Assembly (NCBI GenBank): GCA_964016885.1
Contig: OZ024742.1
Coordinates: forward strand, 368,590,001-368,654,000
Reading direction: 5' to 3'
Source: Eledone cirrhosa
Taxonomy: Eukaryota
Length of the DNA: 64,000 bases
In this document: in pieces, positions 22,001 through 34,000 of the stretch
Numbering within the stretch: position 1 is the stretch's first letter
Layout of the letters: each line of letters begins with the position of its first letter
Notes under the pieces: generated by a model
Database searches by the model: none
Told to the model about the DNA's origin: nothing
What the model saw: the letters and a program-made list of their open reading frames with translations, nothing else
Position numbers and translations under genes: made by a program

Positions 22001-25000
22001 GGTAGTGGTGTTAGTAGTGATGTTGGTGGTGGTAGTTGTGGTAGTGGTGTTAGTAGTGATGTTGGTGGTGGTAGCTGTGGTGGTGGTGTTAGTAGTGGTG
22101 TTGGTGGTGGTAGCTGTGGTAGTGGTGTTAGTAGTGGTGTTGGTGGTGGTAGCTGTGGTGGTGGTGTTAGTAGTGGTGTTGGTGGTGGTAGCTGTGGTAG
22201 TGGTGTTAGTAGTGATGTTGGTGGTGGTAGCTGTGGTAGTGGTGTTAGTAGTGGTGTTGGTGGTGGTAGCTGTGGTAGTGGTGGTAGTAGTGGTGTTCGT
22301 GGTGGTAGCTGTGGTAGTGGTGTTAGTAGTGGTGTTGGTGGTGGTAGCTGTGGTGGTGGTGTTAGTAGTGGTGTTGGTGGTGGTAGCTGTGGTAGTGGTG
22401 TTAGTAGTGATGTTGGTGGTGGTAGCTGTGGTAGTGGTGTTAGTAGTGGTGTTGGTGGTGGTAGCTGTGGTAGTGGTGTTAGTAGTGGTGTTCGTGGTGG
22501 TAGCTGTGGTAGTGGTGTTAGTAGTGGTGTTGGTGGTGGTAGCTGTGGTGGTGGTGTTAGTAGTGGTGTTGGTGGTGGTAGCTGTGGTAGTGGTGTTAGT
22601 AGTGATGTTGGTGGTGGTAGCTGTGGTAGTGGTGTTAGTAGTGGTGTTGGTGGTGGTAGCTGTGGTAGTGGTGGTAGTAGTGGTGTTGGTGGTGGTAGCT
22701 GTGGTGGTGGTGGTAGTAGTGGTGTTGGTGGTGGTAGCTGTGGTAGTGGTGTTAGTAGTGGTGTTGGTGGTGGTACTGTGGTAGTGGTGGTAGTAGTGGT
22801 GTTGGTGGTGGTAGCTGTGGTAGTGGTGTTAGTAGTGGTCTTGGTGGTGGTAGCTGTGGTAGTGGTGTTAGTAGTGTTGTTGGTGGTGGTAGCTGTGGTA
22901 GTGGTGTTAGTAGTGGTATTGGTGGTGGTAGCTGTGGTAGTGGTGTTAGTAGTGGTATTGGTGGTGGTAGCTGTGGTAGTCGTGGTAGTAGTGGTGTTGG
23001 TGGTGGTATCTGTGGTAGTGGTGGTAGTAGTGGTGTTGGTGGTGGTAGCTGTGGTAGTGGTGTTGGTGGTGGTAGCTTTGGTAGTGGTGTTAGTAGTGGT
23101 ATTGGTGGTGGTAGCTGTGGTAGTGGTGTTAGTAGTGGTATTGGTGGTGGTAGCTGTGGTAGTGGTGTTAGTAGTGGTGTTGGTGGTGGTAGCTGTGGTA
23201 GTGGTGGTAGTAGTGGTGTTGGTGGTGGGAGCTGTGGTAGTGGTGTTACTAGTGGTGTTGGTGGTGGTATCTGTGGTAGTGGTGTTAGTAGTGGTGTTGG
23301 TGGTGGTAGCTGTGGTAGTGGTGTTAGTAGTGGTGTTGGTGGTGGTAGCTGTGGTAGTGGTGGTAGTAGTGGTGTTGGTGGTGGTAGCTGTGGTAGTCGT
23401 GGTAGTCGTGTTGTTGGTGGTGGTAGCTGTGGTAGTGGTGTTAGTAGTGGCGTTGGTGGTGGTATCTGTGGTAGTTGTATTAGTAGTGGTGTTGGTGGTG
23501 GTAGCTGTGGTAGTCGTGGTAGTAGTGGTGTTGGTGGTGGTAGCTGTGGTAGTGGTTTTAGTAGTGGTCTTGGTGGTGGTAGCTGTGGTAGTGGTGTTAG
23601 TAGTGGTGTTGGTGGTGGTAGCTGTGGTGGTGGTGTTAGTAGTGGCGTTGGTGGTGGTATCTGTGGTAGTTGTATTAGTAGTGGTGTTGGTGGTGGTAGC
23701 TGTGGTAGTCGTGGTAGTAGTGGTGTTTGTGGTGGTAGCTGTGGTAGTGGTTTTAGTAGTGGTCTTGGTGGTAGTAGCTGTGGTAGTGGTGTTAGTAGTG
23801 TTGTTGGTGGTGGTAGCTGTGGTAGTGGTGTTAGTGGTGTTGTTGGTGGTGGTACTGTGGTGGTGGTGGTAGTAGTGGTGTTGGTGGTGGTAGCTGTGGT
23901 GGTGGTAGTAGTGGTGTTGGTGGTGGTAGCTGTGGTAGTCGTGGTAGTAGTGGTGTTGGTGGTGGTAGCTGTGGTAGTGGTTTTAGTAGTGGTCTTGGTG
24001 GTGGTAGCTGTGGTAGTGGTGTTAGTAGTGGTGTTGGTGGTGGTAGCTGTGGTAGTGGTGTTAGTCGTGTTGTTGGTGGTGTTAGCTGTGGTAGTGGTGT
24101 TAGTAGTGGTGTTGGTGGTGGTAGCTGTGGTGGTGGTGGTAGTAGTGGTGTTGGTGGTGGTAGCTGTGGTGGTGGTGGTAGTAGTGGTGTTGGTGGTGGT
24201 AGCCGTGCTAGTGGTGTTAGTAGTGGTGTTGGTGGTGGTAGCTGTGGTAGTGGTGGTAGTAGTGGTGTTGGTGGTGGTAGCCGTGCTAGTGGTGTTAGTA
24301 GTGGTGTTGGTGGTAGTAGCTGTGGTAGTGGTGGTAGTAGTGGTGTTGGTGGTGTTAGCTGTGGTAGTGGGGTTAGTAGTGGCGTTGGTGGTGGTATCTG
24401 TGGTAGTTGTATTAGTAGTGGTGTTGGTGGTGGTAGCTGTGGTAGTGGTGTTAGTAGTGTTGTTGGTGGTGGTAGCTGTGGTAGTGGTGGTAGTAGTGGT
24501 GTTGGTGGTGGTAGCTGTGGTGGTGGTGGTAGTAGTGGTGTTGGTGGTGGTAGCTGTGGTAGTGGTGTTAGTAGTGGTGTTGGTGGTGGTAGCTGTGGTA
24601 GTGGTGTTAGTAGTGGTGTTGGTGGTGGTAGCTGTGGTGGTGGTGGTAGTAGTGGTGTTGGTGGTGGTAGCTGTGGTAGTGGTGTTAGTAGTGGTGTTGG
24701 TGGTGGTATCTGTGGTAGTGGTGTTAGGAGTGGTGTTGGTGGTGGTAGTTGTGGTGGTGGTGTTATTAGTGGTGTTGGTGGTGGTAGCTGTGGTGGTGTT
24801 GTTAGTAGTGGTGTTGGTGGTGGTAGCTGTGGTAGTGGTGTTAGTAGTGGTGGTGGTGGTGGTAGTTGTGGTGGTGGTGTTATTAGTGGTGTTGGTGGTG
24901 GTAGCTGTGGTGGTGGTGTTGGTAGTGGTGTTGGTGGTGGTAGCTGTGGTGGTGGTGTTGGTAGTGGTGTTGGTGGTGGTAGCTGTGGTAGTCGTGTTGT

Positions 25001-28000
25001 TGGTGGTGGCAGCTGTGGTAGTGGTGTTAGTAGTGGCGTTGGTGGTGGTAGCTGTGGTGGTGGTGTTGGTAGTGGTGTTAGTGGTGGTAGCTGTGGTAGT
25101 GGTGGTAGTAGTGTTGTTTGTGGTGGTAGCTGTGGTAGTCGTGGTAGTAGTGGTGTTGGTGTTGGTATCTGTGGTAGTTGTATTAGTAGTGGTGTTGGTG
25201 GTGGTAGCTGTGGTAGTGGTGTTAGTAGTGGTGTTGGTGGTGGTAGCTGTGGTAATGGTGTTAGTAGTGGTATTGGTGGTGGTAGCTGTGGTAGTGGTGT
25301 TAGTAGTGGTGTTGGTGGTGGTAGTTGTGGTGGTGGTGTTATTAGTGGTGTTGGTGGTGGTAGCTGTGGTGGTGGTGTTAGTAGTGGTGTTGGTGGTGGT
25401 AGCTGTGGTAGTGGTGTTAGTAGTGGTGTTGGTGGTGGTAGCTGTGGTAGTGGTGGTAGTAGTGGTGTTGGTGGTGGTATCTGTGGTAGTGGTGTTAGTA
25501 GTGGTGTTGGTGGTGGTAGCTGTGGTAGTGGTGGTAGTAGTGGTGTTGGTGGTGTTAGCTGTGGTAGTGTTGTTAGTAGTGGTATTGGTGGTGGTAGCTA
25601 TGGTGGTGGTGTTAGTAGTGGTGTTGGAGGTGGTAGCTGTGGTAGTGGTGTTAGTAGTGGTGTTGGTGGTGGTAGCTGTCGTGGTGGTGTTAGTAGTGGT
25701 GTTGGTGGTGGTAGCTGTGGTGGTGGTCTTAGTAGTGGTGGTGGTGGTGGTAGTTGTGGTGGTGGTGTTATTAGTGGTGTTGTTGGTGGTAGCTGTGGTG
25801 GTGGTGTTAGTAGTGGTGTTGGTGGTGGTAGCTGTGGTAGTGGTGTTAGTAGTGGTGTTGGTGGTGGTAACTGTGGTGGTGGTGTTAGTAGTGGTGTTGG
25901 TGGTGGTAGCTGTGGTAGTGGTGTTAGTAGTGGTATTGGTGGTGGTTGCTGTGGTAGTGGTGTTAGTAGTGGTGTTGGTGGTGGTAGCTGTGGTAGTGGT
26001 GGTAGTAGTGGTGTTGGTGGTGGTAGCTGTGGTAGTGGTGTTAGTAGTGGTGTTGGTGGTGGTAGCTGTGGTGGTGATGTTAGTAGTGGTGTTGGTGGTA
26101 GCTGTGGTAGTGGTGTTAGTAGTGGTGTTGGTGGTGGTAGCTGTGGTAGTGGTGGTAGTAGTGGTGTTGGTGGTGGGAGCTGTGGTGGTGGTGGTAGTAG
26201 TGGTGTTGGTGCTGGTATCTGTGGTAGTTGTATTAGTAGTGGTGTTGGTGGTGGTAGCTGTGGTGGTGGTGTTAGTAGTGGTCTTGGTGGTGGTAGCTGT
26301 GGTAGTGGTGGTAGTAGTGGTGTTGGTGGTGGTAGCTGTGGTAGTGGTGTTAGTAGTGTTGTTGGTGGTGGTAGCTGTGGTAGTGGTGTTAGTCGTGTTG
26401 TTGGTGGTGGTAGCTGTGGTAGTGGTGTTAGTAGTGGTGTTGGTGGTGGTAGCTATGGTGGTGGTGTTAGTAGTGGTGTTGGCGGTGGTAGCTGTGGTAG
26501 TGGTGTTAGTAGTGGTGTTGGTGGTGGTAGCTGTGGTAGTGGTGTTAGTAGTGGTGTTGGTGCTGGTAGCTGTGGTAGTGGTGGTAGTAGTGGTGTTGGT
26601 GGTGGTACTGTGGTAGTGGTGGTAGTAGTGGTGTTGGTGGTGGTAGCTGTGGTAGTGGTGTTAGTAGTGGTCTTGGTGGTGGTAGCTGTGGTAGTGGTGT
26701 TAGTAGTGTTGTTGGTGGTGGTAGCTGTGGTAGTGGTGTTAGTCGTGTTGTTGGTGGTGGTAGCTGTGGTAGTGGTGTTAGTAGTGGTGTTGGTGGTGGT
26801 AGCTGTGGTGGGGGTGTTAGTAGTGGTGTTGGTGGTGGTAGCTGTGGTAGTGGTGTTAGTCGTGTTGTTGGTGGTGGTAGCTGAGGTAGTGGTGGTAGTA
26901 GTGGTGTTGGTGGTGGTAGCTGTGGTGGGGGTGTTAGTAGTGGTGTTGGTGGTGGTAGCTGTGGTGGTGGTGTTAGTAGTGTTGTTGGTGGTGTTAGCTG
27001 TGGTAGTGGTGTTGGTGGTGGTAGCTGTGGTGGGGGTGTTAGTAGTGGTGTTGGTGGTGGTAGCTGTGGTGGTGGTGTTAGTAGTGGTCTTCGTGGTGGT
27101 AGCTGTGGTAGTGGTGTTAGTCGTGTTGTTGGTGGTGGTAGCTGTGGTGGGGGTGTTAGCAGTAGTGTTGGTGGTGGTAGCTGTGGTGGTGGTGTTAGTA
27201 GTGGTGTTGGTGGTGTTGCTGTGGTAGTGGTGTTGGTGGTGGTAGCTGTGGTGGTGGTGTTAGTAGTGGTCTTGGTGGTGGTAGCTGTGGTAGTGGTGTT
27301 TGTCGTGTTGTTGGTGGTGGTAGCTGAGGTAGTGGTGGTAGTAGTGGTATTGGTGGTGGTAGCTGTGGTGGGGGTGTTAGTAGTGGTGTTGGTGGTGGTA
27401 GCTGTGGTGGTGGCGTTAGTAGTGGTATTGGTGGTGGTAGCTGTGGTAGACTTGGTAGTAGTGGTGTTGGTGGTGGTAGCTGTGGTGGTGGTGTTAGTAG
27501 TGGTGTTGGTGGTTGTAGCTGTTGTAGTGGTGTTAGTAGTGGTGTTGGTGGTGGTAGCTGTGGTAGTGGTGTTAGTAGTGGTGTTGGTGGTGGTAGCTGT
27601 GGTGGTGGTGTTAGTAGTGGTGTTGGTGGTGGTATCTGTGGTAGTTGTATTAGTAGTGGTGTTGGTGGTGGTAGCTGTGGTAGTGGTGTTAGTAGTGGTG
27701 TTGGTGGTTGTAGCTGTGGTAGTGGTGTTAGTAGTGGTGTTGGTGGTGGTAGCTGTGGTAGTGGTGTTAGTAGTGGTGTTGGTGGTGGTAGCTGTGGTAG
27801 TGGTGTTAGTAGTGGTGTTGGTGGTTGTAGCTGTGGTAGTGGTGTTAGTAGTGGTGTTGGTGGTGGTAGCTGTGGTAGTGGTGTTAGTAGTGGTGTTGGT
27901 GGTGGTAGCTGTGGTAGTGGTGTTAGTAGTGGTGTTGGTGGTGGTAGCTGTGGTAGTGGTGTTAGTAGTGGTGTTGGTGGTTGTAGCTGTGGTAGTGGTG

Positions 28001-31000
28001 TTAGTAGTGGTGTTGGTGGTGGTAGCTGTGGTAGTGGTGTTAGTAGTGGTGTTGGTGGTGGTAGCTGTGTTAGTGGTGTTAGTAGTGGTGTTGGTGGTGG
28101 TAGCTGTGGTAGTGGTGTTATTAGTGGTGTTGGTGGTTGTAGCTGTGGTAGTGGTGTTAGTAGTGGTGTTGGTGGTGGTAGCTGTGGTAGTGGTGTTAGT
28201 AGTGGTGTTGGTGGTGGTAGCTGTGGTAGTGGTGTTAGTAGTGGTGTTGGTGGTGGTAGCTGTGGTAGTGGTGTTAGTAGTGGTGTTGGTGCTGGTATCT
28301 GTGGTAGTGGTGTTAGTAGTGGTGTTGGTGCTGGTATCTGTGGTAGTTGTATTAGTAGTGGTGTTGGTGGTGGTAGCTGTGGTAGTGGTGTTAGTAGTGG
28401 CGTTGGTGGTGGTAGCTGTGGTGGTGGTGTTAGTAGTGGTCTTGGTGGTGGTAGCTGTGGTAGTGGTGTTAGTAGTGTTGTTGGTGGTGGTATCTGTGGT
28501 AGTGGTGTTAGTCGTGTTGTTGGTGGTGGTAGCTGAGGTAGTGGTGTTAGTCGTGTTGTTGGTGGTGGTAGCTGAGGTAGTGGTGGTAGTAGTGGTGTTG
28601 GTGGTGGTAGCTTTGGTGGGGGTGTTAGTCGTGTTGTTGGTGGTGGTAGCTGAGGTACTGGTGGTAGTAGTGGTGTTGGTGGTGGTAGCTTTGTTGGGGG
28701 TGTTAGTCGTGGTGTTGGTGGTGGTAGCTGTGGTGGTGGCGGCGGTGGTAGCTGTGGTAGTGGTGTTAGTAGTGGTGTTGGTGGTGGTAGCTGTGGTGGT
28801 GGTGTTAGTAGTGGTGTTGGTGGTGGTAGCTGTGGTGGTGGTGGTAGTAGTGGTGTTGGTGGTGGTAGCTGTGGTGGTGGTGGTAGTAGTGGTGTGGGTT
28901 GTGGTAGCTGTGTTGGTGGTGGTAGTAGTGGTGTTGGTGGTGGTAGCTGTGGTGGTGGTGGTAGTAGTGGTGTTGGTGGTGGTAGCTGTGGTAGTGGTGT
29001 TAGTAGTGGTGTTGGTGGTGGTAGCTGTGGTAGTGGTGTTATTAGTGGTGTTGGTGGTGGTAGCTGTGGTGGTGGTGGTAGTAGTGGTGTTGGTGGTGGT
29101 AGCTGTGGTAGTGGTGTTAGTAGTGGTGTTGGTGGTGGTAGCTGTGGTGGTGGTGTTAGTAGTGGTGTTGGTGGTGTTAGCTGTGATGGTGGTGGTAGTA
29201 GTGGTGTTGGTGGTGGTAGCTGTGGTAATGGTGTTAGTAGTGGTGTTCGTGGTGGTAGCTGTGGTGGTGGTGGTAGTAGTGGTGTTGGTGGTGGTAGCTG
29301 TGGTGGTGGTGGTAGTAGTGGTGTTGGTGGTGGTAGCTGTGGTAGTGGTGTTAGTAGTGGTGTTGGTGGTGGTAGCTGTGGTAGTGGTATTAGTAGTGGT
29401 GTTGGTGGTGGTAGCTGTGGTGGTGGTGGTAGTAGTGGTGTTGGTGGTGATAGCTGTGGTAGTGGTGTTAGTAGTGGTGTTGGTGGTGGTATCTGTGGTA
29501 GTGGTGTTAGGAGTGGTGTTGGTGGTGGTAGTTGTGGTGGTGGTGTTATTAGTGGTGTTGGTGGTGGTAGCTGTGGTGGTGGTGTTAGTAGTGGTGTTGG
29601 TGGTGGTAGCTGTGGTAGTGGTGTTAGTCGTGTTGTTGGTGCTGGTAGCTGAGGTAGTGGTGTTAGTAGTGGTGTTGGTGGTGGTAGCTGTGGTAGTGGT
29701 GGTAGTAGTGGTGTTGGTGGTGGTAGCTGTGGTAGTGGTGTTAGTAGTGGTGTTGGTGGTGGTAGCTGTGGTAGTGGTGGTAGTAGTGGTGTTGGTGGTG
29801 GTAGCTGTGGTAGTGGTGTTAGTAGTGGTGTTGGTGGTGGTAGCTGTGGTAGTGGTGTTAGTAGTGGTCTTGGTGGTGGTAGCTGTGGTAGTGGTGTTAG
29901 TCGTGTTGTTGGTGCTGGTAGCTGAGGTAGTGGTGTTAGTAGTGGTGTTGGTGGTGGTAGCTGTGGTAGTGGTGGTAGTAGTGGTGTTGGTGGTGGTAGC
30001 TGTGGTAGTGGTGTTAGTAGTGGTGTTGGTGGTGGTAGCTGTGGTAGTGGTGTTAGTAGTGGTCTTGGTGGTGGTAGCTGTGGTAGTGGTGTTAGTCGTG
30101 TTGTTGGTGCTGGTAGCTGAGGTAGTGGTGGTAGTAGTGGTGTTGGTGGTGGTAGCTGTGGTAGTGGTGTTAGTAGTGGTGTTGGTGGTGGTAGCTGTGG
30201 TAGTGGTATTAGTAGTGGTGTTGGTGGTGGTAGCTGTGGTGGTGGTGGTAGTAGTGGTGTTGGTGGTGATAGCTGTGGTAGTGGTGTTAGTATTGGTGTT
30301 GGTGGTGGTATCTGTGGTAGTGGTGTTAGGAGTGGTGTTGGTGGTGGTAGTTGTGGTGGTGGTGTTATTAGTGGTGTTGGTGGTGGTAGCTGTGGTGGTG
30401 GTGTTAGTAGTGGTGTTGGTGGTGGTAGCTGTGGTAGTGGTGTTAGTAGTGGTGGTGGTAGTTGTGGTGGTGGTGTTATTAGTGGTGTTGGTGGTGGTAG
30501 CTGTGGTGGTGTTGTTAGTAGTGGTGTTGGTGGTGGTAGCTGTGGTAGTGGTGTTAGTAGTGGTGTTGGTGGTGGTAGCTGTGGTAGTGGTGTTAGTAGT
30601 GGTCTTGGTGGTGGTAGCTGTGGTAGTGGTGTTAGTCGTGTTGTTGGTGCTGGTAGCTGAGGTAGTGGTGGTAGTAGTGGTGTTGGTGGTGGTAGCTGTG
30701 GTAGTGGTGTTAGTAGTGGTGTTGGTGGTGGTGGTAGCTGTGGTGGGGGTGTTAGTAGTGGTCTGGGTGGTGGTAGCTGTGGTAGTGGTGTTAGTAGTCG
30801 TCTTGGTGGTGGTAGCTGTGGTAGTGGTGTTAGTCGTGTTGTTGGTGGTGGTAGCTGTGGTAGTGGTGTTAGTAGTGGTGTTGGTGGTGGTAGCTGTGGT
30901 AGTGGTGTTAATAGTGGTGTTGGTGGTGGTAGCTGTGGTAGTGGTGTTAGTCGTGTTGTTGGTGCTGGTAGCTGAGGTAGTGGTGGTAGTAGTGGTGTTG

Positions 31001-34000
31001 GTGGTGGTAGCTGTGGTAGTGGTGTTAGTAGTGGTGTTGGTGGTGGTGGTAGCTGTGGTGGGGGTGTTAGTAGTGGTGTTGGTGGTGGTAGCTGTGGTGG
31101 TGGTGTTAGTAGTGGTATTGGTGGTGGTAGCTGTGGTAGTCGTGGTAGTAGTGGTGTGGGTGGTGGTAGCTGTGGTAGTGGTGTTAGTAGTGGTGTTGGT
31201 GGTGGTAGCTGTGGTAGTGGTGTTAGTAGTGGTGTTGGTGGTGGTAGCTGTGGTAATGGTGTTAGTAGTGGTATTGGTGGTGGTAGCTGTGGTAGTGGTG
31301 TTAGTAGTGGTGTTGGTGGTGGTAGCTGTGGTAGTGGTGTTAGTAGTGGCGTTGGTGGTGGTAGCTGTGGTAGTGGTGTTAGTAGTGGTGTTGGTGGTGG
31401 TAGCTGTGGTAGTGGTGGTAGTAGTGGTGTTGGTGGTGGTAGCTGTGGTAGTGGTGTTAGTAGAGGTGTTGGTGGTGGTATCTGTGGTAGTGGTGTTAGT
31501 AGTGGTGTTGGTGGTGGTAGCTGTGGTAATGGTGTTAGTAGTGGTATTGGTGGTGTTAGCTGTGGTAGTGGTGGTAGTAGTGGTATTGGTGGTGGTAGTT
31601 GTGGTGGGGGTGGTAGTAGTAGTGTTGGAGGTGGTAGCTGTGGTAGTGGTGTTTGTAGTGGTGTTGGTGGTGGTAGCTGTCGTGGTGGTGTTAGTAGTGG
31701 TGTTGGTGGTGGTAGCTGTGGTGGTGGTGTTAGTAGTGGTGGTGGTGGTGGTAGTTGTGGTGGTGGTGTTATTAGTGGTGTTGTTGGTGGTAGCTGTGGT
31801 GGTGGTGTTAGTAGTGGTGTTGGTGGTGGTTGCTGTGGTAGTGGTGTTAGTAGTGGCGTTGGTGGTGGTATCTGTGGTAGTTGTATTAGTAGTGGTGTTG
31901 GTGGTGGTAGCTGTGGTAGTGGTGTTAGTAGTGTTGTTGGTGGTGGTAGCTGTGGTAGTCGTGGTAGTAGTGGTGTTGGTGGTGGTATCTGTGGTAGTTG
32001 TATTAGTAGTGGTGTTGGTGGTGGTAGCTGTGGTAGTGGTGTTGGTGGTGGTAGCTGTGGTGGTGGTGTTAGTAGTGGTCTTGGTGGTGGTAGCTGTGGT
32101 AGTGGTGTTAGTAGTGTTGTTGGTGGTGGTAGCTGTGGTAGTGGTGTTAGTAGTGGTGTTGGTGGTGGTAGCTGAGGTAGTGGTGGTAGTAGTGGTGTTG
32201 GTGGTGGAAGCTGTGGTGGTTTTGTTAGTAGTGGTGTTGGTGGTGTTAGCTGTGGTAGTGGTGGTAGTAGTGGTGTTGGTGGTGGTAGCTGTGGTAGTGG
32301 TGTTAGTAGTGGTGTTGGTGGTGGTGGTGGTAGCTGTGGTGGGGGTGTTAGTAGTGGTGTTGGTGGTGGTAGCTGTGGTGGTGGTGTTAGTAGTGGTATT
32401 GGTGGTGGTAGCTGTGGTAGTCGTGGTAGTAGTGGTGTGGGTGGTGGTAGCTGTGGTAGTGGTGTTAGTAGTGGTGTTGGTGGTGGTAGCTGTGGTAGTG
32501 GTGTTAGTAGTGGTGTTGGTGGTGGTAGCTGTGGTAATGGTGTTAGTAGTGGTATTGGTGGTGGTAGCTGTGGTAGTGGTGTTAGTAGTGGTGTTGGTGG
32601 TGGTAGCTGTGGTAGTGGTGTTAGTAGTGGCGTTGGTGGTGGTAGCTGTGGTAGTGGTGTTAGTAGTGGTGTTGGTGGTGGTAGCTGTGGTAGTGGTGGT
32701 AGTAGTGGTGTTGGTGGTGGTAGCTGTGGTAGTGGTGTTAGTAGTGGTGTTGGTGGTGGTATCTGTGGTAGTGGTGTTAGTAGTGGTGTTGGTGGTGGTA
32801 GCTGTGGTAGTGGTGGTAGTAGTGGTGTTGGTGGTGTTAGCTGTGATAGTAGTGGTAGTAGTGGTATTGGTGGTGGTAGTTGTGGTGGGGGTGGTAGTAG
32901 TAGTGTTGGAGGTGGTAGCTGTGGTAGTGGTGTTAGTAGTGGTGTTGGTGGTGGTAGCTGTCGTGGTGGTGTTAGTAGTGGTGTTGGTGGTGGTAGCTGT
33001 GGTGGTGGTGTTAGTAGTGGTGGTGGTGGTGGTAGTTGTGGTGGTGGTGTTATTAGTGGTGTTGTTGGTGGTAGCTGTGGTAGTGGTGTTAGTAGTGGTG
33101 TTGGTGGTGGTAGCTGTGGTGGTGGTGTTAGTAGTGGTGTTGGTGGTGGTAGCTGTGGTAGTTGTATTAGTAGTGGTGTTGGTGGTGGTAGCTGTGGTAG
33201 TGGTGTTAGTAGTGTTGTTGGTGGTGGTAGCTGTGGTAGTCGTGGTAGTAGTGGTGTTGGTGGTGGTATCTGTGGTAGTTGTATTAGTAGTGGTGTTGGT
33301 GGTGGTAGCTGTGGTAGTGGTGTTAGTAGTGTTGTTGGTGGTGGTAGCTGTGGTAGTCGTGGTAGTAGTGGTGTTGGTGGTGGTATCTGTGGTAGTTGTA
33401 TTAGTAGTGGTGTTGGTGGTGGTAGCTGTGGTAGTGGTGTTGGTGGTGGTAGCTGTGGTGGTGGTGTTAGTAGTGGTCTTGGTGGTGGTAGCTGTGGTAG
33501 TGGTGTTAGTAGTGTTGTTGGTGGTGGTAGCTGTGGTAGTGGTGTTAGTCGTGTTGTTGGTGGTGGTAGCTGTGGTAGTGGTGTTAGTAGTGGTGTTGGT
33601 GGTGGTAGGTGAGGTAGTGGTGGTAGTAGTGGTGTTGGTGGTGGAAGCTGTGGTGGTTTTGTTAGTAGTGGTGTTGGTGGTGTTAGCTGTGGTAGTGGTG
33701 GTATTAGTGGTGTTGGTGGTGGTAGCTGTGGTAGTGGTGTTAGTAGTGGTGTTGGTGGTGGTGGTAGCTGTGGTAGTGGTGTTAGTAGTGGTGTTGGTGG
33801 TGGTAGCTGTGGTGGTGGTGGTAGTAGTGGTGTTGGTGGTGGTAGCTGTGGTAGTGGTGTTAGTAGTGGTGTTGGTGGTGGTAGCTGTGGTAGTGGTGTT
33901 AGTAGTGGTGTTGGTGGTGGTAGCTGTGGTAGTGGTGTTAGTAGTGGTGTTGGTAGTCGTAGCTGTGGTAGTGGTATTAGTAGTGGTGTTGGTGGTGGTA